Counted from the first letter of the stretch, positions 1 through 11,876 are shown. The stretch is 64,000 nt of DNA from Azolla caroliniana (GCA_043228905.1 JBHGNT010000012.1:15500001-15564000); one strand, 5' to 3'. The notes: a model not told the origin generated them from the letters alone. Translations and numbers: made by a program.

Positions 1-306
1 TTAGAGAAGATGGTCAAGGATTTTGCTGAGCTAACGACTGCATCCTTGTGGAGGATAGTTGTCTTTCATAGTATGGACCAAGGGTACTCGGTAGCTCAAG
101 CTTTGAGATCTCGTTGCCATGGCATCGAGAACCTTGCACGATGAACCTTTTAGGTTCAAACAATTAGAGAAGATGGTCAATGATTTTGCTGAGCTAACTA
201 TTGCATCCTTGTGGAGGATAGTTGTCTTTCATAGTATGGACCAAGGGTACTCGGTAGATCAAGCTTTGAGATCTCATTACCATGACATCGAGAACCTTGC
301 ATGGTA
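1..306. repeat. Tandem repeat, ~163-bp unit, ~2 copies (may continue left of window)
   Basis: TTAGAGAAGATGGTCAA...GAGAACCTTGCA starts at 1 and again at 164 with few substitutions. Confidence 0.85.
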
Positions 307-310
307 AGGA

Positions 311-1250
311 TTATTGATAAGAGACATCCTTGCCTGTCCACACTCTCTGTGCAACATCACCCTTTAATGGTACTGAGGGAGACCTGTTGATCAGATAAAC
401 ATATGTGTACATCGCCTTGGCCCAATAGGATTTCAGCAGTTTTGCATGAGAGAGCATGCTCCTTACCCTCTCCATGATCGTTCGATTCATCCTCTCTGCA
501 AGCCCGTTCAACTCTAGGGTCTTTCGCACTGTGTATTCGATCCGAATACCTTGGCACTTGCAGTACTCGTCAAACTACCCTCTATATTTGCCACCGTTGT
601 CGGTTCGGACAACCTTCAACTTCCGACTCGACTCTCGTTCAGCTGTAGCGTGGAACTCCTTGAAAACTGACAATACTTGATCCTTCGACTTCAGTACGAA
701 GGCCCATGTCTTCCGACTATAGTCGTCAATAAACGTCACAAAGTACTGTCCACCTCGATGCGATTGAGCATCTACATAGCACACATCCGTGTGTACCAGT
801 TGCAGTGGCACTTCTCTTCTTCTCGGTGGTCTTGTGTGGAAAGCTGCTCTGTTTTGCTTTCCGACTAAGCAGTCGACACACTTCTCCAGGTGCACTCCCT
901 TGACTTCTGGTAGAAGCTTTTGGTCGGATAGTATGTGCATTCCTTTCTCACTCATGTGGCCTAGTCTCTTATGCCATACCTCTCCTGCCGAGTTGGCTGC
1001 CACATTTACTTCAAATTTGCACAGTTGGGCATGCATCATATATAATGTGCCTTCTTTCTGTGCTCAGGCCACTATAAGATTCCCTCGGCAGAACTTCCAC
1101 TTGCCATTCCGAAAACTACCACTATAGCCTTCGCCATCTAACCTTCTAGTCGATATCAAATTCAATCTTATATCAGGGACGTGTCGAATATCCTTCAGAG
1201 TTAGTCGACACCCTGTCGACGTCGTCAAGCAAACACTTCCGACTCCGGTG
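311..1250 (-). pseudogene. Truncated Tork-like Ty1/Copia pol fragment (post-protease, GAG-pre-integrase, integrase core)
   Basis: ORF pieces WHKRLGHMSEKG, LVHTDVC, FIDDYSRK, RTDNGG, NGLAERMNRTIMER, very similar to the 5700-9773 polyprotein; interrupted by stops. Confidence 0.9.
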
Positions 1251-1689
1251 GAGCTAGACCAGTGAGTTATTACGCTTTCTTTGAAGGATGGCTGCTTCCA
1301 AGCCCAACCCCTTGTTATCATCGCTTGATCACCTCCTTTTCCACTAAGTGATTGCTTAAGGACCTTAGTGTACGATCTAGGTTGTTTCCATCTCGACTTT
1401 GGATCTTAGCACTTGAAGTCTGTCTATACAAACCCTTCGCGCGTGTGTGTTACTTGGGTGGGACCATCGGGGTCTTGGACTAGGGAGTACGAATGGATAG
1501 AGAAAATCCGAGGTTTGCTTTACGACAATACTACTTCCCGACCCCTTCTTGAGCAAGGGCTCATTGCCCCTTTTGTGGGGCCGGTGGCTTTCGTTCATCA
1601 CGAGTTTTTGAGTTTTCAAGATCACCGCATGAGCCAACTGATCAAATGGGTACAAGCAAAGATGAGCACGCCAAATGAACACACAAGGG

Positions 1690-3195
1690 GATGAGAACAC
1701 AAACACGAATGCCCGTACATCTTTATCAGGAGGAGAGGTGCATGGGCACGCCCAAACCCTCCCTTGTCACAAGACGTCGAACGTACAAGGAAGACGCAAA
1801 ACACATGCACAAATGCTCGTACACCTTTAGGAGGAGAGGTGCATGGGCAAGCCCGAATGCTCCCTCATCACAAGACGACCGAACGTACAAGGAAGACACA
1901 AACACACACACAAATACTCGTACGTTTTTATGAGGAGGAGAGGTGCATGGGCATGCCCGAAACGCTCCCTCGTCACAAGATGGCCGAACATACAAGGAAG
2001 ACACAAAATACATGCACAAATGCTTGTACGCCCTTATGAGAAGGAGAGGTGCATGGGCATGCCCAAAACGCTCCCTCGTCACAAGACGGCCGAACGTACA
2101 AGGAAGACACAAACACACACACAAATGCTTGTACGCCTTTATGAGGGGGAGAGGTGCATGGGCACGCCCAAAACGCTCCCTCCTCACAAGACGGACGAAT
2201 GTACAAGGAAGACACAACCACATGCACAAATGCTCGTACGGCTTTATGAGGAGAAGAGGTGCATGGGCATGCCCCAAACGCTCCCTCGTCACAAGACAGC
2301 TGAACGTACAAGGGAACGAGAACAAAGAAAGAAAGAAAAACACGAATGATATTGGTTAAAGAAATAAATGTGTTTGATTCCAACGCAAGAGGGCCCTTTA
2401 TAAAATAGGGTTTGATTACAAAGTGGTGACTTCTAGTTAGCCACAAGTTCAACAAAACACGAATAGTGAATGCCCTTCGAGACATGAGTAAAGCCGAACA
2501 CCGAGAACGAACATGAAGAAGTCGAGCACATGAGCACACTGCACCACAAAAATGCTGACCCCAACGAACCACAAACCACCAGAACGGCAAGCACATTGGC
2601 TCGCAATGACGAATGGGGGAGCAACACCTATCCAACGAGGCTCGAGCTCAGGAGCACTGTAAACAACCCGAGCACTTCAAGCATCAACATGAAGAAGACA
2701 AGCACGTGGGGATAAGGGGATGAAGGGGTATAAGATGAAGAAAAATGGAGAAGATGAAGATGAAAAGCTCGGAAAGAAAAATGGCGATAGTATACTCCTC
2801 CCAAACGTCCTCCCAAATGAGCCCCCCTTGACCTCCTTTTATAGGAAAACAGGAAGGGGGGTCTCCACATTTGTCTTCAATGTAAAAGGAATAAAATTCC
2901 TTAAATCATGCACCTTTAGCTAGAAGTCAATATGTCTATCCACTAGCCCATTAACTCTCTATTATATAATATATAATTCTATGCCTAGAAATTCATAACG
3001 TGTCTCCTCTCTACTTTTCATCTCTCCTCTCTCTTACTTTTTACAGGAATTTCTATACCTCTTTTCCACCCTTTCTTTTCCCTTTTCTTTTGCATGTGCA
3101 CAATTAATTGTCCTTGTGTGCACACATGGCATATGCACATTTTGACCCCCCCTTTCGCCGGTTTTTCCTACACTCGAGCTCGCCACATCACGACA
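1690..3195 (-). mobile_element. Truncated LTR-like segment of the TGTCGTG...CACGACA Gypsy group (left end not found)
   Basis: Ends CACGACA at 3195 followed by CCGT; carries the GAGAGGTGCATGGGC repeat and the same repeat/AG-rich/reverse-TATA layout as 33908-35661. Confidence 0.55.
1720..2315. repeat. Tandem repeat, ~103-105-bp unit, 6 copies
   Basis: Core GAGGTGCATGGGCA recurs near 1735, 1835, 1940, 2045, 2150, 2255; explains the overlapping repetitive ORFs. Confidence 0.9.
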
Positions 3196-4589
3196 CCGTA
3201 TTCGGAGTTTCCTCAGGATTGGTCACGCTTTGGACTACCTTAGCCCATTGAGTGCCCTACCTCAAACCATGAACATTATACACTCTACTTCAATAGATTT
3301 CTTGGAAAACCATCTATTGTTGATCTTGGTTAGACTTTCCAAGCCACTCTATCTTTCAATTGAGGTTAGAATATACGTTTTTCTCATCTTCAATTTAGGT
3401 CAACTAACGGACACAAGTGCAATATTTTCATTTTGGTGTGGTTCTTGGCTGGAGAAGGCCACATCATAGTTGGTCTCTTGTCCATAAGCCAGACCGCCAA
3501 TGTCAAGGCAAGATCACATTGGTCCAATCCCCGCATAGCCAATGGAAGGGTGATGTGGCCAGCATGGGGAGGTCGAATGATTGCGGCCACGTCAATCCGC
3601 TACTTTTCTTTTCTTGTTGGGCCAGTAGCAATTGTTTAACTTCTGCGTTTAGTTTTTCTTTCGCGCTGGAACAGGTATGATGAACCGGTGCATATAGCTT
3701 GAGAACCAACCTTTGGTTCAAGATGGATTCGGCCTTCCCTGACGTCGTGTTCATGGCCTTGCATTCCAATGATCACTACACTTCACTTCGCTCTAGATAG
3801 CAAGAAGGCCTAGCTAGAACAACAATCTCAGTGACAAAATTGACCTCAGCTAGAAGGTTACATAAGTGAATTTTAGTCGAGCCAACAACAATATTCACAT
3901 GTTCATAGATGCTCCAATGAAACTGCATAAACATCACGAAACTCGTCTAAAGTTTAGTTTTTTTCTACGCTGAAAAGCAGCAGCTCTCGATACACTAGTG
4001 CATATGGCCAGAGAACCAACCTTTGGTTCGAGCTGGATTCGGCCGAAGGGAGTGAGAACCAACGTGTTGACATTAACAATCATGCTCTTATCTTTCGAAT
4101 CAGTCATTACGGGGTCAATGAGCTAGCTAGTAGCTATGAGAGAGATTCCCTAAGAAACAAGGTGGTTCTGGGATACAAAATAAAGCAACGAGGACAGTGT
4201 GAACAAGAGCTTTTGGTGGTGGGACCCTAGACTATTTAAGTGTTGGCCCCGGGGCACCCATCATGGTGCATTCTTGATTGCTTATTGAACCTGGGTTGGT
4301 GTTAGCTAATCGCCTACCAAACTTGACCTGCCTTCATCTTGGGGCCTGAACTTCTTTATTCCTTGTCATTGAGTGTGTGCTTGCTTGCTTGTTGAGGCAC
4401 TCAACCCTAATAAAGAGAGAGAAGATTTCACAACTTCCCATGGTCTGGCCATTACACTCAAAAGCTTTTATAATTATTCTATATGACAATTGGCTATCTT
4501 AATGGTTGGGTTTTCAATTATGTATTACGAGGTCTTGAGTTCAAGTCCAAGTGATGCCATGATGTTCATGTGTTCATGACACTATTCCT

Positions 4590-4858
4590 CCATTGAGAAC
4601 GACGAGTGAGTGGAAGTCGACATTAACAATGTATTTCCGGGTTCTCGACGAGGGTGATGAAGTTGTTGACAAGAGCTTCAACATTACAAACATTATTGAC
4701 AAGTGACCGCACTGACAAGTTCCCAAGTGCGGTCACTTGGAGGATAGCCTACCCAATCAACCAGATAATAGAGCTTATTATACATAATCTTAGAATCGGG
4801 AATAGTAGCTACCTTGTATTTAGGGCCATCAGCAAGTTCAAGAGAAGGCGGAGGTGGC
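4590..4858 (-). pseudogene. Chromodomain of Gypsy integrase
   Basis: Minus strand reads PPPPSLELADGPKYKVATIPDSKIMYNKLYYLVDWVGYPPSDRTWELV, followed by a purine-rich tract and LTR start TGTCATGA. Confidence 0.85.
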
Positions 4859-5080
4859 ATAACATGATTATCTATTTCAAGTTCTAGGAGTTTTTAGAAA
4901 GTTCTAGAGCCAGAAGGTTTAGAGGGTTCTAAAATATTCTCCCTAATATTCTCTAGAATATTGTAATGCATGTACTTCAACTCGCAGTATAAATACTTGT
5001 AACCTCCTTAGTCCCTTTCAAGGGATTCAATGCCAGTCATTGACACATCAATCTAGTATCCTTGTTTAGCCCCACCTTCT

Positions 5081-5689
5081 TGTTGCGAATCACCTGTTTG
5101 ATTCACCTTCTCCGCTCGGCCACAACCGAGTAATCGCGGATCTATGCAGCAGAAAATAGGAAATACAGAGAAAGACGCGATACACAGGGATTAACGTGGA
5201 AAACCCTATACGGGAAAAACCACGGGAGTGCGAGACTCCAAACCAAACTATGCACAGAGAAATATACAATGGCGAGCTGCAAGGCGACGACCTTGAGCTC
5301 GCTGTCCTCGCCACAGGCGGCGGTATTACACAGAGGCGTCGACCTCTTCGTTTCTCTCTCTCTCTCTCTCTCTCTCGGCTACTCTCACTCTGCTCTCTCT
5401 TCGCAAAAAATTGAGCAACAACATAAACTGTTTGCCCTAAGTCATATTTATACACATATGACTTTCGGGCTATTTACAAATATAGCCTCAAGGGCTCTTG
5501 GCAAACATATTCACAAATATGTCCCCGCATCCGGATCTCTCTCCGGGTCTTCGTCATCCGGCTCCGTAACCGGGGTCTCTTCATCCGGCCACATGCCGGG
5601 TACTATTCATCATCCGGTTCCGTAACCGTAACCGGGCTTGCCGTCATTCGTCTCCGGACATCCCATCCGGAGGGACCGATATCCCAACA
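5081..5689 (-). repeat. 3' LTR (609 bp) of intact Copia
   Basis: Matches 9805-10438; adjacent PPT GAAGGGGGAG on minus strand (5692-5701). Confidence 0.95.
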
Positions 5690-5699
5690 AACTCCCCCT

Positions 5700-8600
5700 T
5701 CACTTCGGCATGGGATGTCTCTCCAATCCGATCCTCTTTCGGCATGCTTCCAGCTTGTCGGGTGTGAGCACCTTGGTCAGCATATCCGACCCGTTCTCGT
5801 CCGTGTGGATCTTCGTCAGCACGAACTCCTGGTCTTCTATCCTTTCCCGGATCCAGTGATATCTTCGCTGGATGTGCTTCGTCCGGGAGTGATAAGCTGC
5901 GTTCTTCGCAAGGTGGATGGCACTCTGACTGTCGCAGTAGAGTCGGTACTCCTCCTGCTGGATACCGAGCTCTCTAATGAAGTCCTTCATCCATATTATT
6001 TCCTTGCCGGCTTCAACAGCTGCCATGTACTCCGCCTCCGTGGTTGACAACGCAACCGTCTTCTGCAGCCTCGACTGCCATGAAACAGCTCCCCCTGCAT
6101 ACGTCATCACATACCCTGATGTGGACCGGCTGGTATCTGCATCAGCCGACATATCCGAATCGGTGAAGCCGTCGAGTTCGGGCTTACCGGAGCCGAATCG
6201 GAGGCACACGTTTGCCGTGCCCTTCAGGTATCGGAGTATCCACTTGGCCGCGTTCCAATGCTCTTTGCCGGGATTGCTCATGTACCGGCTCACCACTCCG
6301 ACTGCATATCCTATGTCCGGTCTCGTACACACCATGGCGTACATCAAGCTCCCGACGGCTGAGGCATACGGCACTTTCATCATATCCTCCTTTTCAGCCT
6401 TTGTCTTGGGACTTTGCTTGCTGGACAGCTTGCAGTTTGCCGGGAGGGTTGATCCGACCGGTCTTGCTTCCGACATGTTGAACCGTTGAAGCACCTTTGT
6501 CACGTACTTCTCTTGTGACAGCCACAACTGCTTCTTGCTCCGGTCCCGGATGATGTGCATCCCTAGTATTTGTCTCGCCGGACCCAAGTCCTTCATTGAG
6601 AAGGTTCGGTGAAGAGCCTTCTTCAGCATCCGTATCTTGACCTGGTCCCGTCCGACGATCAACATGTCGTCCACGTACAGGAGGAGTATTAGAGAGTCTC
6701 CTCCTTCGAACTTCTTCACAAACACGCAGTGATCAGACTGCGTTTTGTGGTACCCTTCGTCGGTCATGAAGGAGTCGAACTTCCGGTACCATTGCCGGGG
6801 AGCCTGCTTCAGTCCGTAAAGGCTCTTCTTCAACCGGCATACCAGGTGCTCCTTCCCTTTCTTCTCGAATCCTTCCGGTTGCTGCATGTAGATCTCTTCT
6901 TCGAGGTCACCGTGAAGGAATGCCGTCTTCACGTCCATCTGTTCTACCTCGAGGTCCATGCTTGCCGCTATGCTCAGCACCGTCCGGATGGAGGTCATCT
7001 TCACTACCGGGGCAAATATCTCGTCGAAGTCGACGCCCTTCTTCTGCTGGAACCCCTTCACCACGATCCTGGCTTTGTATCTTGGGGGGTTTCCGGCATC
7101 TCCCGGTTTCAGCTTGAACACCCACTTGTTACGGAGTGCCCGTTTTCCTTTCGGCAACTCCACAAGTTCATATGTGTGGTTCTCATGCAGGGAATCCATC
7201 TCCTCCTGCATGGCACTTAACCACCTGCGGCTATGGGTGTCATGCTTCGCTTCTTCAAAGCTCTCCGGCTCCCCCTCGTCGGTTAGCAGCACGTGCTCTG
7301 GTTCCGGAAATCTCCGGGGGGCCCTTCTCTCTCTTAGAGGATATCTCCGTTCGGGAGCTTCGGTAACCGGTTCTTCCGATTCTTCTTCATCCGAATCCAT
7401 TTCGGGATCGGGACCGGTTCCGGTATCATTTTCATCTTCTTCGGCCGGTTCTGTTTCTTCACCGTCTTCGGCCGGATCCTCGAGTGCTAACCGGTCCCTT
7501 GCCGGTCGGGACTGCTCCTCGTAGAGTTGATCCTCACCGGTCGACTTGGAGCTCTTCATCTTCTTCTCCGACTCCCAGTCGGCGAGTGTCTTGTCCTCCA
7601 TGAAGATGATGTCTCGACTCCTGAATATCTTCTTGTCGACCGGGTCCCATACTCGGTAGCCGAACTCATCGTTGCCGTAACCGAGGAATATGCATGGCCG
7701 GGTCTTTGGATCTAGCTTTCCTCTCCGGTCCTTTGCCACATGCACGTATGCGAGACACCCGAACACCTTCAGATGCCGGTAGGACACTTCCTTACCGGTC
7801 CACACTTTTTGCGGCGTGTCTCCGTCCAAAGGTACTGAGGGTGATCTATTTATCACATATGTCGCCGTCGACATTGCCTCAGCCCAAAATCCCTTGGGTA
7901 ATTTCGCATGCGCCAGCATACTCCGGACCCTCTCCATTATGGTCCGGTTCATCCTCTCGGCCAGCCCGTTCAGTTCCGGCGTCTTCGGCACAGTAAACTC
8001 GAGCCGGATTCCCTTCGAGCGACAGTACTCCTCGAACTGCCCCCGGTATTCCCCTCCGTTATCCGCTCGTATCGCTTTCAGCTCCTTGCCGGATTCCCTT
8101 TCCACTCTCGCGTGAAGTTCTTTGAAGATGGACAATACTTGGTCCTTTGTCTTTAACGGTGCCGTCCACAGCTTCCGGCTATGGTCGTCAATGAATGTTA
8201 CGAAGTACTGGGCTCCGCCATGTGACTTCGTTTCTACCTGACACACATCAGTATGCACCAGCTCCAATGGTGCGCTACGTCTCGTCGGTGGCCTTGAGTG
8301 GAAGGAGGTTCGGTTTTGCTTACCGGCTAGACAGTCGGTGCACTTCTCCAGGTGCACATGCTTCACTGGAATAAGGTTGTCTTCTGCAAGCCTCTTCATC
8401 CCCTTCTCACTCATGTGGCACATTCTCTTGTGCCACAGCTCACCGGCAGTGTCGGCTGCCACATTCAACTCTTCCGGACATAACCGGGCATTCATCAGGT
8501 ACAGTGTGTTGTCTTTCCGGGCCCGAGCCACTATCAGGCTCCCCTTGCTGAACTTCATTACGCCGTTCCGGATGCTACCTGTGTAGCCTTCATCGTCTAG

Positions 8601-9773
8601 CCTCCCGGCCGAAATCAGGTTCAATCGAACCTCCGGAACGTGTCTGACATCCTTCAGCAGCATTTTGCATCCGGTCGAGGTTGTCACCCACACGTCTCCT
8701 ATGCCGGCAATCCGGCACGTACCTTCATTTCCCATCCGAACACAGCCATGCTCACCGGCTGTGTAGGATGAGAAGTATCTTCTCTCCGGGGTCAGGTGGA
8801 ACGATGCTCCGGAATCGACCACCCAGGTCGTCTCATCGCCGGCAATGTTTAGCTCACCTTCTTCGGTGATGAGCATGATTTCTTCCTCACTTGCCGCGAG
8901 TGCCGTCGTTCCTTTCCGGTCCTGCCCTCGCCGATCCGGACCTCTCCGGTCCGTGGCTCCCCGGTATGCACCGTTTCTCTCCGGTGACTTCTTCAAATCG
9001 GTATCGTCGGCTCCGTTGTCCTTTCGGTAATGCCGACAATTCTTCCGGAAGTGCCCCGGCTTCCCACAGTGGAAGCATGTAGGCCTTCCTCTTGACTGCG
9101 ACCGGGTCCCCGACTTCTCCCGTCTTTGCGGACTCCGGTTCCATTGTCTTCCCCGATCCGATTCGGTAAGCAGCGCCTTCGTGTCGGAGGCCGGTTCTTT
9201 ATCTCTCCGACGCGCTTCTTCGTTCAAAATACTTGTCTTTACCGTTTGTAAGGACAGGTTATCTTCGGTGCACGAGGTGCTGAGAGTCACCACCAAGTTC
9301 TCCCAGCTTTCCGGCAATGTGCACATCAGGATGATGGCTTGCATTGCATCCTCCAACGGGAACTTAATCGCCGCAAGCTGGTTCACGAATCCCATGAACG
9401 TGCTTACGTGTTCCACCATACTCTCGCCGTCCCGGTACTTGAGATTCACTATCTTCCTCATCAGGGAGGTCCGGTTCAACGCATTCTTCCTCTCGTAGAG
9501 GCCCGACAGCTTCTTCCACATCTCGTATGCGTTGGTGTCGTTCGCCACGTGTTGTAGGACGCTTACATCAACATATTGTCGGATCGTTGCTACGGCTTTC
9601 CGGTTCAGGAGCTTCCACTCCGACTCAAGTACCCCTTTCGGTATTTCCGACCTGTCAATCGGTTCGTACAGGTCCCGAACAATCAGAAGATCCTCCATCT
9701 TGATCTTCCAGTCGGCGTAGTTCTGCGCATTCAGCACCATCATCCCCGGCTGCCCGCTGCTGCCGCCTTCCAT
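5700..9773 (-). CDS. Copia Gag-Pol polyprotein (~1357 aa: Gag, CCHC knuckle, protease, integrase, RT, RNase H)
   Basis: Open ORF 5700..9830, likely ATG at 9773 just after PBS; CFHCGKPGHFRKNC, WVVDSGAS, VHTDVC/RADNGGEY, LLYVDDML, FTDSD/LSTTEAEY. Confidence 0.95.
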   Translation of the reverse strand: MEGGSSGQPGMMVLNAQNYADWKIKMEDLLIVRDLYEPIDRSEIPKGVLESEWKLLNRKAVATIRQYVDVSVLQHVANDTNAYEMWKKLSGLYERKNALNRTSLMRKIVNLKYRDGESMVEHVSTFMGFVNQLAAIKFPLEDAMQAIILMCTLPESWENLVVTLSTSCTEDNLSLQTVKTSILNEEARRRDKEPASDTKALLTESDRGRQWNRSPQRREKSGTRSQSRGRPTCFHCGKPGHFRKNCRHYRKDNGADDTDLKKSPERNGAYRGATDRRGPDRRGQDRKGTTALAASEEEIMLITEEGELNIAGDETTWVVDSGASFHLTPERRYFSSYTAGEHGCVRMGNEGTCRIAGIGDVWVTTSTGCKMLLKDVRHVPEVRLNLISAGRLDDEGYTGSIRNGVMKFSKGSLIVARARKDNTLYLMNARLCPEELNVAADTAGELWHKRMCHMSEKGMKRLAEDNLIPVKHVHLEKCTDCLAGKQNRTSFHSRPPTRRSAPLELVHTDVCQVETKSHGGAQYFVTFIDDHSRKLWTAPLKTKDQVLSIFKELHARVERESGKELKAIRADNGGEYRGQFEEYCRSKGIRLEFTVPKTPELNGLAERMNRTIMERVRSMLAHAKLPKGFWAEAMSTATYVINRSPSVPLDGDTPQKVWTGKEVSYRHLKVFGCLAYVHVAKDRRGKLDPKTRPCIFLGYGNDEFGYRVWDPVDKKIFRSRDIIFMEDKTLADWESEKKMKSSKSTGEDQLYEEQSRPARDRLALEDPAEDGEETEPAEEDENDTGTGPDPEMDSDEEESEEPVTEAPERRYPLRERRAPRRFPEPEHVLLTDEGEPESFEEAKHDTHSRRWLSAMQEEMDSLHENHTYELVELPKGKRALRNKWVFKLKPGDAGNPPRYKARIVVKGFQQKKGVDFDEIFAPVVKMTSIRTVLSIAASMDLEVEQMDVKTAFLHGDLEEEIYMQQPEGFEKKGKEHLVCRLKKSLYGLKQAPRQWYRKFDSFMTDEGYHKTQSDHCVFVKKFEGGDSLILLLYVDDMLIVGRDQVKIRMLKKALHRTFSMKDLGPARQILGMHIIRDRSKKQLWLSQEKYVTKVLQRFNMSEARPVGSTLPANCKLSSKQSPKTKAEKEDMMKVPYASAVGSLMYAMVCTRPDIGYAVGVVSRYMSNPGKEHWNAAKWILRYLKGTANVCLRFGSGKPELDGFTDSDMSADADTSRSTSGYVMTYAGGAVSWQSRLQKTVALSTTEAEYMAAVEAGKEIIWMKDFIRELGIQQEEYRLYCDSQSAIHLAKNAAYHSRTKHIQRRYHWIRERIEDQEFVLTKIHTDENGSDMLTKVLTPDKLEACRKRIGLERHPMPK

Positions 9774-9789
9774 TTTCTGCACTGCCGTC

Positions 9790-9801
9790 GCTCTGATACC
9801 A
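9790..9801 (-). promoter_or_regulatory. Primer-binding site, tRNA-iMet
   Basis: TGGTATCAGAGC on minus strand 3 nt from the 5' LTR. Confidence 0.95.
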
Positions 9802-9804
9802 GTT

Positions 9805-10438
9805 TGTTGCGAATCACCTGTTTGATTCACCTTCTCCGCTCGGCCACAACCGAGTAATCGCGGATCTATGCAGCAGAAAATAGGAAATACAGAGAAAGAC
9901 GCGATACACAGGGATTAACGTGGAAAACCCTATACGGGAAAAACCACGGGAGTGCGAGACTCCAAACCAAACTATGCACAGAGAAATATACAATGGCGAG
10001 CTGCAAGGCGACGACCTTGAGCTCGCTGTCCTCGCCACAGGCGGCGGTATTACACAGAGGCGTCGACCTCTTCGTTTCTCTCTCTCTCTCTCTCTCTCGG
10101 CTACTCTCACTCTGCTCTCTCTTCGCAAAAAATTGAGCAACAACATAAACTGTTTGCCCTAAGTCATATTTATACACATATGACTTTCGGGCTATTTACA
10201 AATATAGCCTCAAGGGCTCTTGGCAAACATATTCACAAATATGTCCCCGCATCCGGATCTCTCTCCGGGTCTTCGTCATCCGGCTCCGTAACCGGGTCTT
10301 CGTCATCCGGCTCCGTAACCGGGGTCTCTTCATCCGGCCACATGCCGGGTACTATTCATCATCCGGTTCCGTAACCGTAACCGGGCTTGCCGTCATTCGT
10401 CTCCGGACATCCCATCCGGAGGGACCGATATCCCAACA
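9805..10438 (-). repeat. 5' LTR (634 bp) of intact Copia
   Basis: Same as the 3' LTR except one fewer TC unit and one extra 27-bp repeat unit. Confidence 0.95.
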
Positions 10439-10689
10439 CTTCTCTCCTTGATTTACATCTCTATCTTTATGCTCTTGTATGGTTCCTAACGTTTTAAGTT
10501 CCTCATCTCTTCGCTCCCAACTTCCCAACGAGTTTCTAGCCTCATCAGATCGAGTTCCACATTTGTAACCTTATTGGTCGTTGCCTCGTCATCTGTGCTT
10601 TGTTGTACTCTAGGGTTGGTGTGTCCGTGACAGCAAGAGATTTTGAGGCTGGCCCACAAGTGCTTCCGAAAGTGAGATATAAATTGAGG

Positions 10690-11540
10690 ACCGCTATCGC
10701 GAATTATATCATCTAGAGAAAACCATGATGTCGAAACACTTCATGCATAATGATATTTGCAATTCCTCGACTACTGATGTTCTTTACGCATGGCAAAAAA
10801 TGCACCATCTTGGCAATGTGATCCACAACTGTTAAAATAGTATCAAAGCCTTTTGAAGGTGGTAGATCCATAATGAAATCCATACAAATAGACTGTCAGG
10901 GCTTGCTTCGAGGCGGCAGTGGTTGTAACAAGCCATAAGGATGATGTCTAGGTATTTTGGCTCGACAACAGGTGTCACATGTTCGAACGTAATCGTCGAC
11001 AAAGTTTTGTAAATGAGGCCACCAAAATTTCTAGCTCCATGGTCTTGGCAACACCAAAATTTCTAGCCATAGCGGCATCGTGATAGTGCTTGAACACTTG
11101 AAGGCGGGGTGATCTATCAGGGGCATAAAGGATATTCTTGTAGAAGAGTAAGCCATCTTGCCACTAGAATTCTTGATAACGTCAAGATGACTCTTGCGAT
11201 GTGGAGCAAGATTCATGGCTTGCACCAAATTTGTGGGCTAAGACATTCTTACCTAAATCATAAGAGTGAAGTTGTTGACGAATAGTATCAAGAAGGATTG
11301 AAACAAGTGGTGTGGCATAAACTGTCGTTGCCTATAACTTTGATGGTCCTTGTTGTTTCCTTGGCCAGAAAATGAGCTTGAAATCGAAACGAGTTAGAAA
11401 TTGTGCCCACCGAGTTTGTCTCCTATTTAACACTCGAGTCATTTGAAAATATGTAAGATTTTTGTGATCATTATAAATGTTGATTTGATGAGGTGATCCT
11501 CCCATGAAATGTCGCCATTGTTCGAAAGAGTCGACCACAA
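10690..11540 (-). pseudogene. Degenerate Tcn1-like RNase H and integrase fragments
   Basis: VDSFEQWRHF...DHKNLTYF...RWAQFLTRFDF; integrase CDTCCRAK and SICMDFIMDLP readable on minus strand. Confidence 0.8.
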
Positions 11541-11806
11541 CTAGTTGTCAAGAATAGTACTGATACAAAGAAGAAATTAGTACTAAGAGGAATAGAGGGT
11601 GTAGAACACTTGAGAGAAGGAGAGAGAGTGTGTGTGGAAGCGAGAGAGAGAGAGAGAAAGAGAATGATGATGACAACGATATATTATGTGAGAAAAATAT
11701 ACAAGGAAGGCTAGGAGGCTTAAGACTTGCGTTGAACCGATTTGGAAGCTTCTAGAATGTTCCAGAGAAATCTAGAATATATATTAATTTTTTATATTAG
11801 AATAGA

Positions 11807-11861
11807 TAGTGTAATGGTCAAGAGCTCGACCCATGTAACGTAAGGTCATGGGTTCGAGTCT
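11807..11861 (+). promoter_or_regulatory. tRNA-like Pol III A/B-box module in LTR U3 (second copy ~18403-18457)
   Basis: A box TAGTGTAATGG at 11807, B box GGTTCGAGTCT at 11851; 44-nt offset as in tRNA genes. Confidence 0.6.
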
Positions 11862-11876
11862 TGCCATATCATGACA

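Larger units (their letters stand above)
5081..10438 (-). mobile_element. Intact, recent Ty1/Copia (Tork/Tnt1-like) LTR retrotransposon
   Basis: TG...CA LTRs 5081-5689 and 9805-10438; 5-bp TSD CTTCT (5076-5080, 10439-10443); PBS, PPT and uninterrupted gag-pol. Confidence 0.97.
4860..10490 (+). mobile_element. Gypsy-type LTR remnant split by the Copia insertion
   Basis: 4987-5050 (GTATAAATACTTGTAAC...CATTGACACATCAAT) and 10444-10490 resemble the reverse complement of LTR 37492-37887. Confidence 0.5.

Noticed and set aside
1260-1694. 93-aa ORF 1413-1694 as a host gene
   Set aside because: No recognisable domain; sits between transposon fragments
1691-2635. Overlapping repetitive ORFs (also 33105-34925)
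   Set aside because: Artefacts of tandem repeats
3230-4050. Possible L1 endonuclease relic on minus strand (LKLYAP, WLCGDWTNV) with a ~100-bp duplication
   Set aside because: Motifs too short and degenerate to support without a search
5715-9857. Antisense ORFs over Copia pol (also 59112-61455)
   Set aside because: Shadow ORFs of GC-rich coding sequence with no independent motifs
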